64,000 bases of DNA from Octopus sinensis (Eukaryota): the NCBI RefSeq assembly GCF_006345805.1, contig NC_043015.1, positions 38,998,001-39,062,000 of the forward strand, in the 5' to 3' direction. Position numbers and translations under genes: made by a program. Positions 62,560 to 64,000 of this stretch are shown one piece after another (position 1 is the stretch's first letter; every line of letters begins with the position of its first letter). The notes under the pieces are model-generated. The model was not told the origin of the DNA. It ran no database searches and saw nothing but the letters and a program-made list of their open reading frames with translations.

Positions 62560-62960
62560 TTCACCACGTCCAGCAGTCTCCTTGAGTAACACGATGATTC
62601 TTCTCTTTCTTATCAACATCAGTGACAGCAAGTTTACCGTTATCATTCTGTATACACTTCTCCTCCAAGAGCTTCATTTTCTCCATTACCCTGTCCCACA
62701 ATGCAGAACACATCACTTCTCTGATCCTTGCATCACAGAACATTTACAAACTTCTCTTTTGCCTTTACCTTTGATATGTCTACCTGGAGTTTAGCTTCCT
62801 TTTTAGCTAAATACCATTCTTCTTTGCTGCCTATTTCCTTCCACTCTTTCAAGCCAGTCTCTTTTCTTGCTATAACAATGTCTATTGTATCATTCCACCA
62901 CCACATCTCTTTGTTTTTTAGCTGGGATTTGGCACCAGCCATGTTTGGTCTCTAGTGCCA
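62560..62960 (-). mobile_element. Old RTE-like ORF2 linker fragment
   Basis: WWWNDTIDIVIARKETGLKEWK...AKKEAK resembles the EN-RT linker of RTE elements. Confidence 0.6.
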
Positions 62961-63024
62961 GCAGATTGTTCCATAATAACTGCCACTTTTGTTTTAATTG
63001 TCTCTGTCTCCTCCTCTCCTACTG

Positions 63025-63318
63025 TCATTGTTTGTTCCTTCTTAAGCCATGCCTGGCTCATAAGGGCCGGTTTCCCGGTTTCCTTGGTGTATAGGTCTCC
63101 CACCTGGACGGGATGCCGGTCCGTCGCAGGTGAGCTGCAAGATGCAGGAGGAAAGAGTGAGAGAAAGTTGTGGCGAAAGAGTCAGCAGAAGTTCACCATT
63201 ACCTTCTGCCGGAGCCGCGTGGAGCTTAGGTGTTTCACTCATAAACACACACATTGCCCGGTCTGAGATTTGAACCCATGATTCCTTGACCGCAAGTCTG
63301 TTGCTCTAACCATTAGGT
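63025..63318 (-). mobile_element. tRNA-derived SINE family D, full length
   Basis: Minus-strand head TAATGGTTAGAGC...GGGTTCAAATCTCAGACCGGG with A and B boxes; body shared with the 5935 copy. Confidence 0.85.
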
Positions 63319-64000
63319 CATAAATATCAGTTAATATCTCTTTGAATTTGTTGGTTGTCAGAGATGAAAGAATGGAAATGTATTGATGAACTTGTCTAAC
63401 AATAACAGATTGGGAAAACATGAAACCGATGTGGTTTGACAAAAGTATTTAGAAACTGAATTGTAACTTTCTTGAGTATTGGTGATGAATTGGCAGAGTT
63501 CTTAGAACTTCTGACAAGAATGCTTTGTTTATATATTACTGGTTCTTTGTACTTTGGGTTCAAATCTACAGATGAACGTTGCCTAGAAATGTCATAACAG
63601 CAGCCCTACAACTTCATCAGAAATTGCAGACCCAAGGAAGGAAGGAAGGAAGGAAAGAATGTTTTGTGGAACTCTGTCATAAGAGTATTTCGTTAGTCTT
63701 AAGAAAGAATATTAGTTACAATCATAGAAAAGATAATGTTAGGTATAAAGCTCCCAATTTTCACTTCCTAATTATCTCCTGTTGGGTAATAAGATAGTAA
63801 ATATAAATGCCAAGGGTTGTAAGTTAGTTAGCTAGTGGGCGTGAGTTCAGTCCCCAGAGCAGTCAGACTATATGTACTCTGATCAGAACTTAGTAAACTA
63901 GCAGTATCACAAATAGGAGAATAATTAATAAAGATGATGTTCAAAGTATGGACAACAGAAATGAGTACAATCTATCTCCATGGATATAATAAAGGGTTTG

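Overview
AT-rich eukaryotic genomic DNA, inferred to be octopus (coleoid cephalopod) from its recognisable tRNA-derived SINE families, RTE-type (GAT)n-tailed repeats and dense microsatellites. One complete protein-coding gene dominates the window: the DNA polymerase alpha catalytic subunit (POLA1) on the minus strand, ATG at 50837 to TGA at 9674-9676. I traced 40 GT-AG exons by hand; they join in frame to 4347 nt (1448 aa plus stop), with intact B-family motifs ([24 protein letters not shown]) and both C-terminal Cys4 clusters. Almost all ORFs in the supplied track are artefacts of repeats. Introns and flanks contain four short retroelement families, RTE and CR1/L2 LINE remnants, a Tc1/mariner (maT-like) fragment, TTAA-flanked MITEs, 8-9 bp TSD MITEs, a non-autonomous Helitron and Penelope-like pieces. 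Best second-look items: an intact-core minimal type I hammerhead ribozyme (2171-2213, minus) inside a 70-bp perfect inverted repeat, a young SINE supplying the first AATAAA plus a GU-rich element after the POLA1 stop, a frame-preserving 24-nt micro-exon, two long intronic fold-backs (candidate ADAR or small-RNA substrates) and an E2F site beside the start codon. I found no clear evidence of a wholly new multi-gene system; family names come from recall, not database searches.
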